A stretch of 64,000 nucleotides of DNA, from NCBI GenBank assembly GCA_965222075.1, contig OZ244937.1, positions 1,632,001-1,696,000 of the forward strand, read 5' to 3'. Position 1 is the first letter of the stretch. Every line of letters begins with the position of its first letter. A program made the translations under genes and the position numbers. Under the pieces are notes generated by a model. The model did no database searches, was not told the origin of the DNA, and worked only from the letters and a program-made list of their open reading frames with translations. Shown piece by piece: positions 49,825 through 59,588 of the stretch. Origin of the DNA: Candidatus Latescibacterota bacterium (lineage in GTDB: Bacteria > Latescibacterota > UBA2968 > GCA-2709665).

Positions 49825-50515
49825 CGCCTATCTCGTATGCTTGGTCGGTTTCAACGGTTATTGAACTTCCATCCTCCGCGACAACGACCTCCCGATAATC
49901 TACAACTGTTCTGTCTGGTTGCATTTGCGCCGGTACTCGATATCGGACATAGCGCCTACCCTTTTCGTATCTACAATTTTCTTCGGGATCAGGTACAACT
50001 GAAGCAATGTTATATTCTGTCCTCGAAAGTGGTTGGCCTTCAAATACGCCGACAAAGGCAACATCCGCAATACATTGTGCAAGGCCAAGAGATGGCGTAT
50101 ATACTGTCCTGCCCGCTTGAAGTTGGCTTTCCAGGTTCTGCATTGCTTCATCTATGGCTTCCGCGATATAAATCCGAAAAGCAGGTTCAAGAAGGAATTC
50201 ATAGGGATATTGGCCCCTTGTAGCGCGACTGGTACTGTCCGGCACTAGGCGGAAATATTTATTGCCTTCGTGCGTGAGTACCAGGTTTAACCCTGTTCGA
50301 TATTTGCGTGTTGGTTTGAGTAGACGAACGCCAACGCGTACCTTCTCCCACCCAATTCTCGACAGATACTCTTCTTTTCCATAGCCCAAGATAGCCCCTA
50401 TAAGGCCAAGAACTGTCGGCGGTGGTGGAAAAGGATAAGTTACAGGGGAAACGGGCGCATACGGTTTACGAAAATGCCCATAAGGACCACTCACATCGAA
50501 CACGATTGTATGCAT
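49802..50515 (-). CDS. cas5: Cas5 (type I-B)
   Basis: FDVSGPYGHFRKP...TYPFPPPPTVLGLIGAILG; YTPSLG. Confidence 0.95.
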   Translation of the reverse strand: MHTIVFDVSGPYGHFRKPYAPVSPVTYPFPPPPTVLGLIGAILGYGKEEYLSRIGWEKVRVGVRLLKPTRKYRTGLNLVLTHEGNKYFRLVPDSTSRATRGQYPYEFLLEPAFRIYIAEAIDEAMQNLESQLQAGRTVYTPSLGLAQCIADVAFVGVFEGQPLSRTEYNIASVVPDPEENCRYEKGRRYVRYRVPAQMQPDRTVVDYREVVVAEDGSSITVETDQAYEIGDDHILFF

Positions 50516-50519
50516 TAGA

Positions 50520-51503
50520 TCACCTGATGTTCAAGGGAGTTGGTTGCAGGTCACGACTTACAGCCAGTGATGTAAAATCGCCTTCTTCGTCCCCATCTCT
50601 AAGTTTAAGGCGAGAATCCTGAACAATCTTCAACCCTACAATATCATCTTTCAATATATCAAGACCATCGAGTAATTGTGCGATATTGACTTCATAGTCA
50701 TCAATCGAACGAATAGCTATATCCTCTTTTTCGCTCTTTAGAGAGATTCGACCGGAGAGGTCGCCTAAGCGTCGGCCATTGGTGTAGCGTAACACCAATA
50801 ACAAAAGGGGTTGATGACCCATCTTGGATCTGCTGATTAGTGATTCAGTCCCTTTCCAGAGTCCTTCTAACAACAACGAGACATCTTCTTCTGATAAATC
50901 AGTTGTTTGCGCTGCAACTTCGTTGACAACACCATACGCAGATATGAGAGCATATGGAAGAATATGGTCTTCACGAAAGGATTTTTGAGTAGAATTCTTC
51001 TTGGATGCAAAGCCTGCTGTACCTTGTATAAGCTGCGAACTTACACGATGCAATGAGCGATTAAATCCTGAAAATTGGACTGGGCCCGTAAGCCGTATAG
51101 ACGACTTTTTTTTGCCAAATTCCACTGGCAGGGTTGCTCCAAAAAGCCTCGCATCAATACAGTGGTCCAAGATGGTATTGCGAACTTTCGAGACCATTGT
51201 TGTAATTTTATCGTCTTCGGTCACACCCGCTTTACCAAGAAAATCATCGCATCGACCTTTTCCATCCTGGAGATACCCATCTTCGTCTTCTGTATCTCTG
51301 ACAAGGATTTCAAGACCTTTGGTTTGAAACAAATAATCTCGCACTGTTCTTTTGATCCTCACGTCGGTTACAGTTGCCACGCCCGTTTCTGGATCGGTAC
51401 GAGGTTTGTTTTCGTCCAGAGGATCACCGTTGGGATTACAGTCTTTTGTTTCATACAGAAACAGAATTTCCATACGGTTTTCGATTGAATTTCGGTCAGC
51501 CAT
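50520..51503 (-). CDS. cas7: Cas7 (Csh2/Cas7b)
   Basis: CNPNGDPLDENKPR, TDVRIKRTVRDY, IDARLFG, TGPVQF, SRSKMG. Confidence 0.95.
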   Translation of the reverse strand: MADRNSIENRMEILFLYETKDCNPNGDPLDENKPRTDPETGVATVTDVRIKRTVRDYLFQTKGLEILVRDTEDEDGYLQDGKGRCDDFLGKAGVTEDDKITTMVSKVRNTILDHCIDARLFGATLPVEFGKKKSSIRLTGPVQFSGFNRSLHRVSSQLIQGTAGFASKKNSTQKSFREDHILPYALISAYGVVNEVAAQTTDLSEEDVSLLLEGLWKGTESLISRSKMGHQPLLLLVLRYTNGRRLGDLSGRISLKSEKEDIAIRSIDDYEVNIAQLLDGLDILKDDIVGLKIVQDSRLKLRDGDEEGDFTSLAVSRDLQPTPLNIR

Positions 51504-51520
51504 TTTACATGTCTCCTTCT

Positions 51521-53293
51521 TTAATCTTCGGTTAAGACAGCATTTTTATCTGTCTGGCGGATTTTATCTGCGAGACTCAAGCCCAGTGTGAAAGCAAAGG
51601 TCGATTCTTCATCAGAGATATTCCATTCTTTGCCACAATTAACCCACGCTTCTGCGAGTTGGGGATCAAGAGTTTTAGCTACCCAACCAAAGCGTGCATA
51701 TTGGCGCAATTTAGTTTGCGCTTCTGGATAAATGTGCTGGAGTTTCCGGCGATCCATTTTTACACCCTGAACTTTTTTGAGGAATGGTGTCCGTTTGTCG
51801 AGGTCCTGATATTGAGCGGATGCCACTGTTTTAACATAACATCCAGTTAAAAAAGCAACAGCCTTTTCCTGGAGATCAAAAAACTCAGGATGAGATTTAA
51901 TATACTTTCCATACACATTGTCTTGTTCTGCCATCGTCACACCTCCTTTTGGTGGGGTTAAAATCTGAAGAAGACTCAGAAAACGATATGTCGCCCATGC
52001 ATCGCGAACGGTAAATACGGCTTTGTCCGGTTCTCTTTTGTAGGCAGTGAGAATAACGGATACAGCGTCTCGAAGGAAGACTTCACGAGCAATTTTGTTT
52101 TTACCACCGGAAAAAATACGGTCGACATAAGCCAGAAATTGTTTCTGGCTACTTTTGTCTGATCGTGTGCCAGTAAATTGACGTAATGTTTTAAGTGTAA
52201 AACCGTAAGTCTGATTTTTGCTGAAATTTAAGAAAGAATCGAGATCAATTTGGTTTTTTATGCAATAAATTTCTTGAATGCGTGATGGTAGAATTTCATG
52301 AATCTCGGCAGTAATTCTCCAGGCTGCATTCTTTTTTTGATAAAAAACCATGGATAACGCAATGGTATCCTTGTACCCAGAAACTTCTGCCAGTGCTTCC
52401 AGAATCTCGTTCTCGGAGTATGTAATTGTCCTTAAGGCATCCTTTTTAAGTGAAACACGTTCTCGCTTCTCCAATTCTTCAATGACATATTTGCTCAGTT
52501 CCGGGTTGCGAATCTGGGGCAAAAGTAAATATGATTCTCCAGCCAGACTAAATTGGAGATTTGTGTTGACGTAATTCCAGCCTTTTGATACAGCAAGCAT
52601 ACAGAGATCACATACAGGAAAATTTCGTGTCGCAGCACTATTATTCATGCCTCCCGTGATTAAACCTCTTTTGTCGAGATTGTAGCACGAGATCAATGAG
52701 AAATTTCCAAATACTTTTTCGGCTTGCTTTCCACACACAGAGCAAGCTTGATTTTTGGCTTCTAAAGGGAGTTTTTTGACACGACCATACCGGGAGAGTA
52801 CTTCAGAGATCGCAAATTGTTGGAAATGATTGTCTTTGTAGAATGGATCTAGTTTGGTACTTTCAACCCAAGCCAAATACACGAAGGGATATTTTTCGCG
52901 TGTATCAAGCTCTTCAAGCGTATTTTCAATATGCTCAGCGATTTGGATGTCATCATATCCGTCCAGAATATTATCTACCCGGTCTTGAATGGGTTCAACC
53001 TGGGGTGATTGGCTAAAAGCCTTCAAACATTTGTGAAGTCTTTGTGCGACTTTCTGCGGACTACCCGCAAATTTGGAGACTACCAATGGGTCAAATCCAT
53101 TAGGTGCTCCTTTGATATAGATCACATCTTTGCTACCTTCTGTTATTTTAATACCCTTGTATTGACCAGTTTCATCGAAACAGACAGCCAATCCATAATA
53201 GTATGAAGGTTCCAAGCCTTCATTCAAAAGTTTGATGCGAGCACTTTCATTTCCATAAAGAATTTGAGAAATATGAAGTAGTCGTTCGAACAT
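51521..53293 (-). CDS. cas8b: Cas8b (Csh1-type) large subunit
   Basis: CSVCG...YNLDKRG...NFPVCDLC; C-terminal AFLTG...FAFTLG; first gene of the operon. Confidence 0.88.
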   Translation of the reverse strand: MFERLLHISQILYGNESARIKLLNEGLEPSYYYGLAVCFDETGQYKGIKITEGSKDVIYIKGAPNGFDPLVVSKFAGSPQKVAQRLHKCLKAFSQSPQVEPIQDRVDNILDGYDDIQIAEHIENTLEELDTREKYPFVYLAWVESTKLDPFYKDNHFQQFAISEVLSRYGRVKKLPLEAKNQACSVCGKQAEKVFGNFSLISCYNLDKRGLITGGMNNSAATRNFPVCDLCMLAVSKGWNYVNTNLQFSLAGESYLLLPQIRNPELSKYVIEELEKRERVSLKKDALRTITYSENEILEALAEVSGYKDTIALSMVFYQKKNAAWRITAEIHEILPSRIQEIYCIKNQIDLDSFLNFSKNQTYGFTLKTLRQFTGTRSDKSSQKQFLAYVDRIFSGGKNKIAREVFLRDAVSVILTAYKREPDKAVFTVRDAWATYRFLSLLQILTPPKGGVTMAEQDNVYGKYIKSHPEFFDLQEKAVAFLTGCYVKTVASAQYQDLDKRTPFLKKVQGVKMDRRKLQHIYPEAQTKLRQYARFGWVAKTLDPQLAEAWVNCGKEWNISDEESTFAFTLGLSLADKIRQTDKNAVLTED

Positions 53294-53322
53294 GATTTTT
53301 TCCTTTTAAAATGGAGATTATA

Positions 53323-53422
53323 ATTCTAAATCCTTGTTTTAATGGATTTTATGATATATATTTTAACTTAACAGAACCATACCATGTTTCAATCCTTGTT
53401 TTGATAGTGGACTTCCAATGAT
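53323..53422 (-). ncRNA. Mini-CRISPR (two degenerate repeats, one ~26-nt spacer): CreR-like regulatory crRNA
   Basis: Repeats GTTTCAATCCTTGTTTTGATAGTGG (53386) and ATTCTAAATCCTTGTTTTAATGGA (53323); spacer matches 53474-53491 at 16/18. Confidence 0.8.
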
Positions 53423-53492
53423 TTGCCACAAGTTATGGAATTCATCACCAGTTCTGTCATTGGAGATTCTATTTTAACATAACCATACAATT

Positions 53493-53521
53493 AAGATAAC
53501 CGTTTCCGGGTAAAATGTCAA
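53493..53521 (-). promoter_or_regulatory. sigma70 promoter of the cas operon
   Basis: TTGACA-17 nt-TATCTT. Confidence 0.8.
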
Positions 53522-53590
53522 GAAAGACCTGAATAGTACTGCATGGCAGTACCGCAATTGATTCCCCGCCAAAATCTTCCATGAACTTTT

Positions 53591-54559
53591 TTACTTCCCC
53601 TTTCCATACATTTTCCCCGCTGCAATCATATCCTCTGCAATCACCTGCCTCAGTTCCTCCGGCTCCAGCACCTCGCAGTCCGGTCCCCAGCCCCGAATCC
53701 ACGGCTTCATCTCCAATGTATGCTTCACTCCCAGCCGCATCCGGCACCCGCCGTCCGGCTCATCCGTCACCTCCACCACGCCCGGCCAGTCCGATTCCCG
53801 CACCCGGTACGCCACCCTGGCTGAAAACCGCAACACCACCTCCACAACATCGTCGCCGCCCATAACGCCCCAGGAATGTTCTAAATAATCGTACGGATCG
53901 AATCCATCCTGCACTTCGTAGACCGTCTCCAGCAGCGTGGCCCGTTCAATCCGCTCCACTTTGAACTCTCGAATATTCCGGCGCAAATGGTCATAACCGA
54001 TGACATAACAGGCATATCCGATCGGGGAAGGCTCGATAAAATAGGGATCAAAGGTGCGCCTGGTGGTTTTTTGGGTCTGTGGATTGTGATAAGTCAACCG
54101 CACCTGCTTGCGTTCGGACCAGGCGCGGGTAAGGGTTTCCAGAACACGAATATAATCGCGATGCCGTTTGCGCTTGTCAGCGACTGCGGCCGTTCGGGTG
54201 ATATGTTCGCCTACGGACTCCGGCATCGCACTGGCCAGCTTCTCTAAGGCGGAAACAACATTGGGATTGTGTTTATCGCTGTGTGCCGAAAGCAGGCGTG
54301 CGGCCAGATAAAGCGCCAGGGCCTCGTGCAAACGCACCCGGACCGTGGTCAAATACCGATCCTTCAGCACCCCGAACCGACCCTCATCCTCCCAGATCGG
54401 TGTACCGGACGCCTCCAGCGACTGAAGATCCCGGTACACAGTACTTCGATGCACCCCAAAACGGTCCACAATCTCCGAAACCCTCCGTCCGTCCGCGGAT
54501 CGGAAGAGAAACGTCTCAATCGCTATCAGCCGCTCCACACGGCTCTGTGTTCGTCCCAT
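53591..54559 (-). CDS. HTH-WYL-WCX transcriptional regulator
   Basis: GGAGG RBS; RFGVHRSTVYRDL; RTFDPY...YVIGYDHLRRNIREFKVERI; WIRGWGPDCEVLEPEELR. Confidence 0.95.
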   Translation of the reverse strand: MGRTQSRVERLIAIETFLFRSADGRRVSEIVDRFGVHRSTVYRDLQSLEASGTPIWEDEGRFGVLKDRYLTTVRVRLHEALALYLAARLLSAHSDKHNPNVVSALEKLASAMPESVGEHITRTAAVADKRKRHRDYIRVLETLTRAWSERKQVRLTYHNPQTQKTTRRTFDPYFIEPSPIGYACYVIGYDHLRRNIREFKVERIERATLLETVYEVQDGFDPYDYLEHSWGVMGGDDVVEVVLRFSARVAYRVRESDWPGVVEVTDEPDGGCRMRLGVKHTLEMKPWIRGWGPDCEVLEPEELRQVIAEDMIAAGKMYGKGK

Positions 54560-54592
54560 CAAAATCCTCCACCCGTCAATATACACCCCACC

Positions 54593-54611
54593 TGTCGCAA
54601 CTACTGCGACA
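54593..54611. promoter_or_regulatory. Palindromic operator upstream of the WYL gene
   Basis: Perfect inverted repeat TGTCGCA-N5-TGCGACA, 34 nt upstream of the ATG. Confidence 0.6.
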
Positions 54612-54859
54612 CCCGATATATTTTTTTGGCCTTCATCACATTTTCTACCTCTCCGGGGGGATGAAGGACCGTGTAACAAGGAGGGGGGTGACGCGCGAGC
54701 GCCTGCACGCGCTACCGAATTGCTGGAAAAACGCTTACGACATTCGGTTCACAATCTCACGCGCACGGGGTCGGCCATAGATCAGCCCACCTTGTAAGCG
54801 CGTACGGGCAGCGAATCCGTTTGGCTGCATAAACTCATGCGAACTTATGAAATCGACCA

Positions 54860-55231
54860 TTAGCCGCATGCCTTCAACAGAACCGCCGGTAGCCGCTTCA
54901 GTTCTTCGTTGCGCGGGTCAACCTCGAACCCGCCGGACTCCAGGGCGGTAACGCCCAGCAACGGTTCCGACCCTTCGTCCCCATACGCGATGGTCCCACC
55001 GACGACTTCTCCCTCAAACTCAATCTCGGCAATGGTTATATCCAGGGCGATGGACTTTCCATCCGCAAGTACGTACTCACGGCGGCCCCTCGGTTCAAGT
55101 CCGATCGCTTCCAGGTGCACCCTCGGTACGAGCGAGTCGAACGCGCCGGTATCGACCAGGAATTTGCCGGTCCAGCTTCGCTGCGGATCTGCAGGATTGC
55201 GGATGGTCACGTCAACACAGGTCGCGCCCAT
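54860..55231 (-). CDS. Clan AA (retropepsin-like) aspartyl protease
   Basis: FLVDTGA, LADG, PLLGVTALE. Confidence 0.9.
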   Translation of the reverse strand: MGATCVDVTIRNPADPQRSWTGKFLVDTGAFDSLVPRVHLEAIGLEPRGRREYVLADGKSIALDITIAEIEFEGEVVGGTIAYGDEGSEPLLGVTALESGGFEVDPRNEELKRLPAVLLKACG

Positions 55232-55258
55232 TGTGATTTTCCTTCTGAGTGGGAAATG

Positions 55259-56138
55259 CTAATGCACGGCCTGTTCCATTCCGGCGATTTCCTCATCCGA
55301 CAGGGAATCGAAGTGTCTGGCGCGTTTCCTCGCCGAAAGTCGGCCGTTATTTTGCAGACAGAAGCGAATGAACAGATCGATCTGCCGGTCCGGCATGTCC
55401 ACGATTTCCTGGATGGCTTGTTTGCTCTCGTCGTACCTGGCCAGAAATGCCAGTTCGTCGGCGAGTTCCGTATCGATGGTCTGATCGATGAAGCGAAACA
55501 GCGCCTCCGCCTGGGGTGTCATGTCGATATAGCGGTACCAGATGGCCGTATCGTTGTGCACCGTCAAGCGGCCCTCTTCGTCAAGCGCGTATTCCACCAG
55601 GGACATCAGCGGTCGGGAGAACGCTTCCAGGGAAGCGTCGTAGTCTGCGGATCTCTTCAGCATAGTCGCCGATATGGGAAACATGACACGTTCGGCTGTA
55701 AAGCTGCGGCGGGCGAGAATGTTGTGGATCAGAAAGCGGTGAATACGACCGTTGCCGTCCTCAAACGGATGCAGAAAGACGAATCCATAGGCGATGGTCG
55801 CGGCTTGAATCACGGCCGGAACCTCGCCGGCTTCCATGCGTTCGTGTGCGGCCACAAGGCCGGCCATCAGGTCGGCCAAGTCCGCAGGCGTCGGGGCCAC
55901 GAAGTGGATCTGCTCTTTCTGCCAGGCCACGCTCCGCCCAACATAATTTTGGCTGCTTCGGTAGTCGGCATCGCGGAACCGGTCTGATGATGCCTCCGCT
56001 GGAGTTGACCCGGTGGATTCCGCGGGTGGTCACCCTGGAGGTGTGCCAATTCGGGATGACGCCAAGGTCGTACCGCTTGATCAGCGCCGCATACCCTGCA
56101 AGCCTGACTATCGGCTGTTCTTGATCCTGTTCGGCCAC
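55259..56138 (-). pseudogene. Fic-family protein, internally deleted/frameshifted
   Basis: HPFEDGNGRIHR in 55259-55930; N-terminus (RLAGYAALI..YDL) in another frame at 56138. Confidence 0.75.
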
Positions 56139-56171
56139 GGCGTCCTCCGGAAAAACGCTTACGATATAAGA

Positions 56172-56199
56172 ATTATACTTATAACAGAGGCCATGTCAA
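56172..56199 (-). promoter_or_regulatory. sigma70 promoter upstream of the Fic gene
   Basis: TTGACA-16 nt-TATAAT. Confidence 0.6.
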
Positions 56200-56250
56200 G
56201 AAAAACCGTTACACTCTGACACTCTCACCCGGTCTCCGGCAGGTGGTCGC

Positions 56251-57543
56251 TCAATTCAACCAGCCCGACAAAGAGAACGTCTGTGAAATAAAACGCTCCG
56301 ACACCCCATGCCGGCCCACGTCTCCCCGCTTGCCGATTTCCAGAACATACCGGAACTTTCCGGCTCTATTGTGAAGGGGCAAGCCGATGCCCAGGCTTAC
56401 GCCAACCTCCGATATCTGGGACCCGCTGGCGGTCTGGAAATAAAGGGAACGATAGTGCATCCCTCCCATCCACTCGATCCGCTTACTCTGGCTCATAGGA
56501 TCTGCCTGCCCTGCTCGGTACAGCACCCCTCCGGCAAGCTCCAGGGTATCGTATCGGCCGCTCCCCGTCTGCGACCAAAAGGTCTTTTCCACGTCAAGCG
56601 CCGCCATCCACTTATACCCTGTGGAATAGGCAATCCCGCCTCCCAAACTCGTAGGCAGCTTGATATCGGTCTCTGAAACCACCTCACGCTCAAGCCCCCG
56701 TTCCGCCCAGAAATTGCGCAGGTGCCGGGTCTGTTTAACCGTGCGCTTGATCTGCAGCGCGGCCCCCACGCGCCACCTGTTAGACGGCGTAAAGATCGCG
56801 CCAAAAGCCGGCAGGACGCCCCGGTGCGTGCGCACAATCCGATCTTCGGAATCCGATACCGTCCGTGTCTCCCCCCCCTGCAGAATCGAGCCGCTGAAAG
56901 TATCCACAAACCGATCTTCAGCATCCACAACAGCCTGGCTGTCAAAGTCTTTGCTCCAGGTCTCGGTAATGGTGCCAAGCACAACCAGATCCATCCGGGC
57001 GCCCAGATAGACCTTCTGTCCGACCCGCTGCCCGAACCTCAGCGAAACGGCCTGAATCCCGCCGGTGCCGTCAATGCTCAACTTGTGCCGGAGATCCCCT
57101 GTCCCGACCGTATCCACCAGTCCGAAGTCCAAATCCGTAAGGGGCTCCACGCCGATCCCGACAACCGTTCTCCGCCAGAAGGGAAGGACCATCTGAAAGG
57201 CGCCCAGGTCCCCGTCGGAAACCGCATGGGTCTGTTGCCCGTCGTTCAACGTCCGGCGATGCACGAAATACAGGCTGCTGAGGGCAGGGCGGGCGAACCC
57301 CGCCAGCAGCGCCGGATTCGCCGAACTGAAATTGCCCTGATCGAAATTCCCCGCGTCAATCAAGGCCCGGCCGGCCCCCCCCATCCCCTTGGACCGAACG
57401 TCAATCCGCCGCACGGGGTCTCCCACCCCGTTGAACGAAAAGACCGTCGCCGCCCCTGCCGGACCCGTCCACCCGACCAGACAGAGCCATACCATCCACC
57501 TGGACATGCGATTCCTCACGGTCGTTCCTCCAACATCGAACAT
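56251..57543 (-). CDS. Outer-membrane beta-barrel (FadL/PorV-like)
   Basis: Signal peptide; FSFNGVGD...GMGGAG...NPALL; amphipathic strands. Confidence 0.7.
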   Translation of the reverse strand: MFDVGGTTVRNRMSRWMVWLCLVGWTGPAGAATVFSFNGVGDPVRRIDVRSKGMGGAGRALIDAGNFDQGNFSSANPALLAGFARPALSSLYFVHRRTLNDGQQTHAVSDGDLGAFQMVLPFWRRTVVGIGVEPLTDLDFGLVDTVGTGDLRHKLSIDGTGGIQAVSLRFGQRVGQKVYLGARMDLVVLGTITETWSKDFDSQAVVDAEDRFVDTFSGSILQGGETRTVSDSEDRIVRTHRGVLPAFGAIFTPSNRWRVGAALQIKRTVKQTRHLRNFWAERGLEREVVSETDIKLPTSLGGGIAYSTGYKWMAALDVEKTFWSQTGSGRYDTLELAGGVLYRAGQADPMSQSKRIEWMGGMHYRSLYFQTASGSQISEVGVSLGIGLPLHNRAGKFRYVLEIGKRGDVGRHGVSERFISQTFSLSGWLN

Positions 57544-57552
57544 AGTGGCTCC

Positions 57553-58737
57553 TTATCTGGTATCAGGCGGCAAGGAATAGGTCACCTTCAAGATTGGATT
57601 TTCAAGCACAACCCAGAGGATCACATCGTTATCCACCGGCGTCAAGCGCATGCCGTGATTAGGGATATCCCCCGAAACCCACCCCTGCACCAGCGCCCGG
57701 TTCAAGACAAAACTGGGCTGCTTCGGCCCAAACTGCCACGCATTGAATTTGGTAAAGAGGGTATCTCCCACTTCGGGTCGAACATCCAAACGGCTCACAT
57801 GGAAACGAAAGCTATCGAAAAGCGAATGATCCCGGTCCACATCGGTTTCAAGCTGCACCGAATTGACCGACGCGCCGGGGGGGATATTATCCGGAAGGTT
57901 GAAGCGAAGAATGGAACTGTAACGAATGCCGGATGCCAGAATCAACAGGTCCGGATCCGAGGCAGGCCCACCCCCGTCCTGGGCCCCCCAAAAGGTGTCT
58001 TCCGCCGCACCGCTCTCGTAGCGGTGGTGCACGCCTCCTCCGAAAGAATAGGTGAGCTCGAGCCTGGGGCGTCCGGACGGCTCACCCTCTTTGGATATCA
58101 ACAGCACAAGAAAGTCCGCTGTCTCGGCCGGAAGCAACATAAGATCGATCTGAGCCATCAGAGCGTCCGTATCAATCGCCTGCTCCATAAACGGGCTTGT
58201 GAGGTCTATGACCACACTGCTGTCGCCTGTGGAAACCTCGAAAGCCCCCGGAATTCCCGGAATCGATGAAACGGGAAGGTCGATTTCAGTAGCGGTCAGC
58301 GTATCCACAAATACGCTGGCTTCGTTCCAGGCGCCCTCAGGACGGCCTACGGCCAATTTCCCCTCGCCGCCACGTTGCAGAAAAGGATCGGACTGGAGGA
58401 TAAGGCGCAGCGCGTTCACCTCAAAACCGTTGGCGCTACTTTCGCCCGCCGCGCGGGCCAGGGAATCGGCGGAAGGCACCCGAAACCGGAGCAACGAGCG
58501 GAAGAGCAGGCCGTTCATCCGCCCCACCAGAAGCGCCCCGGCCTGTCCCTGATCCAGAGAGCTGACCCCCTCAAACACCGATGAGGCGCCTGACAGAGAC
58601 AGCGGCGAAAGTTCAACCACGCGGCCCGAGCCACCGATCAGCTCACGTCCCACCGGATTTGTTGCCCTGTCTCCGCACCCATTCCCCCAAAAGACAACCA
58701 TCAACAACACCGTCCCAATCAACCGATGAACCCTCAC
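57553..58737 (-). CDS. Hypothetical lipoprotein
   Basis: Lipobox GNGC; SKEG..RPRLELTY; VQGWVSG..NHG. Confidence 0.7.
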   Translation of the reverse strand: MRVHRLIGTVLLMVVFWGNGCGDRATNPVGRELIGGSGRVVELSPLSLSGASSVFEGVSSLDQGQAGALLVGRMNGLLFRSLLRFRVPSADSLARAAGESSANGFEVNALRLILQSDPFLQRGGEGKLAVGRPEGAWNEASVFVDTLTATEIDLPVSSIPGIPGAFEVSTGDSSVVIDLTSPFMEQAIDTDALMAQIDLMLLPAETADFLVLLISKEGEPSGRPRLELTYSFGGGVHHRYESGAAEDTFWGAQDGGGPASDPDLLILASGIRYSSILRFNLPDNIPPGASVNSVQLETDVDRDHSLFDSFRFHVSRLDVRPEVGDTLFTKFNAWQFGPKQPSFVLNRALVQGWVSGDIPNHGMRLTPVDNDVILWVVLENPILKVTYSLPPDTR

Positions 58738-58771
58738 GGCTTCTCCTCCAAATCAGACTATGGTGTTTACT

Positions 58772-58853
58772 GTAGGGGCAGACCTGTGTACCTGCCCCAT
58801 TTTGACCCACACACTGGTGTGAGCCATTTTGACCCACACAGATGCGCCCCTGT
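58772..58853. repeat. GTAG-type REP/REPIN-like remnant
   Basis: GTAGGGGCAGACCTGTGTACCTGCCCC ... CACACAGATGCGCCCCTG with an internal 17-nt direct repeat CCATTTTGACCCACACA. Confidence 0.55.
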
Positions 58854-58911
58854 AAATAAAACGCCTGACCCCCAAAAACGTTTCCGCCTCTATCTAAATC
58901 CCGCAGCGGAT

Positions 58912-59454
58912 TCAATACACCTGGTCGATGAGAATATCCCCGCTGTGCTCTCCCGCCGCAACCGGGTTTTTGGGACAGACCCCCTCCATATCTCCCGGCT
59001 GCCGTCCGACCATGCCATCCCGGTCGACTTTGGCCACCAGGTACATCTCCGGAATCTCCGCCAGCACAATACCCTCTCCGAACATCCCGGCCACGTCGTC
59101 CTGGGTCAGCGTATATTGGTAAGGGAACTCCGGAACCCGCAGTCGCTTAAAAGCGTATGGCGGTCCTCCGTCCGCACGTTCCCGCGCAATAATATACAAA
59201 TAAGCGTTTCCGGGAACCCTTGCGGCCAGGTCCGGCGCAAGTCGAATCGTTCCACTGACCGTTCCGGCCGCCTTTGAGGCCCCTCCCCTGCCTGCCGGCC
59301 GCCCCCCCTCGATCGGGGGATGTCCCTCGGGCAGAGCGATCACCGGAGGGGGCTTGGGGGGAGGATGCGACCCTTCTTCGTAGTGCTGGCTGCATCCCGT
59401 CAAAAGCGCGATCAGGAGGCCTCCGGAAAACAGCCTCCAGGACCTCAACACCAT
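58912..59454 (-). CDS. Lipoprotein resembling the CcmI/CycH C-terminal domain
   Basis: LTGC lipobox; LPEGHPPI; VSGTIRLAP..LYIIAR..GPPYA..FP..LVAKVDRDG..GDMEG. Confidence 0.7.
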   Translation of the reverse strand: MVLRSWRLFSGGLLIALLTGCSQHYEEGSHPPPKPPPVIALPEGHPPIEGGRPAGRGGASKAAGTVSGTIRLAPDLAARVPGNAYLYIIARERADGGPPYAFKRLRVPEFPYQYTLTQDDVAGMFGEGIVLAEIPEMYLVAKVDRDGMVGRQPGDMEGVCPKNPVAAGEHSGDILIDQVY

Positions 59455-59588
59455 ATCCCCCACCTCCACCTCATAAAAACGTGAACAGCCAACACGTAAA
59501 GAAGGCTGAAGTCGATTGGAACCGAGCTTCAGCCCGTTGACCACAGCCTCTATTTCCCCTCTCCTCTGCCGGGATTGAAGACCACCTG

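Noticed and set aside
53294-53590. CreT-like RNA toxin or tracrRNA; ORF 53469-53747
   Set aside because: No convincing SD-start-rare-codon mini-ORF was seen; the system is type I with Cas6, so it needs no tracrRNA; the ORF overlaps the WYL gene and the promoter.
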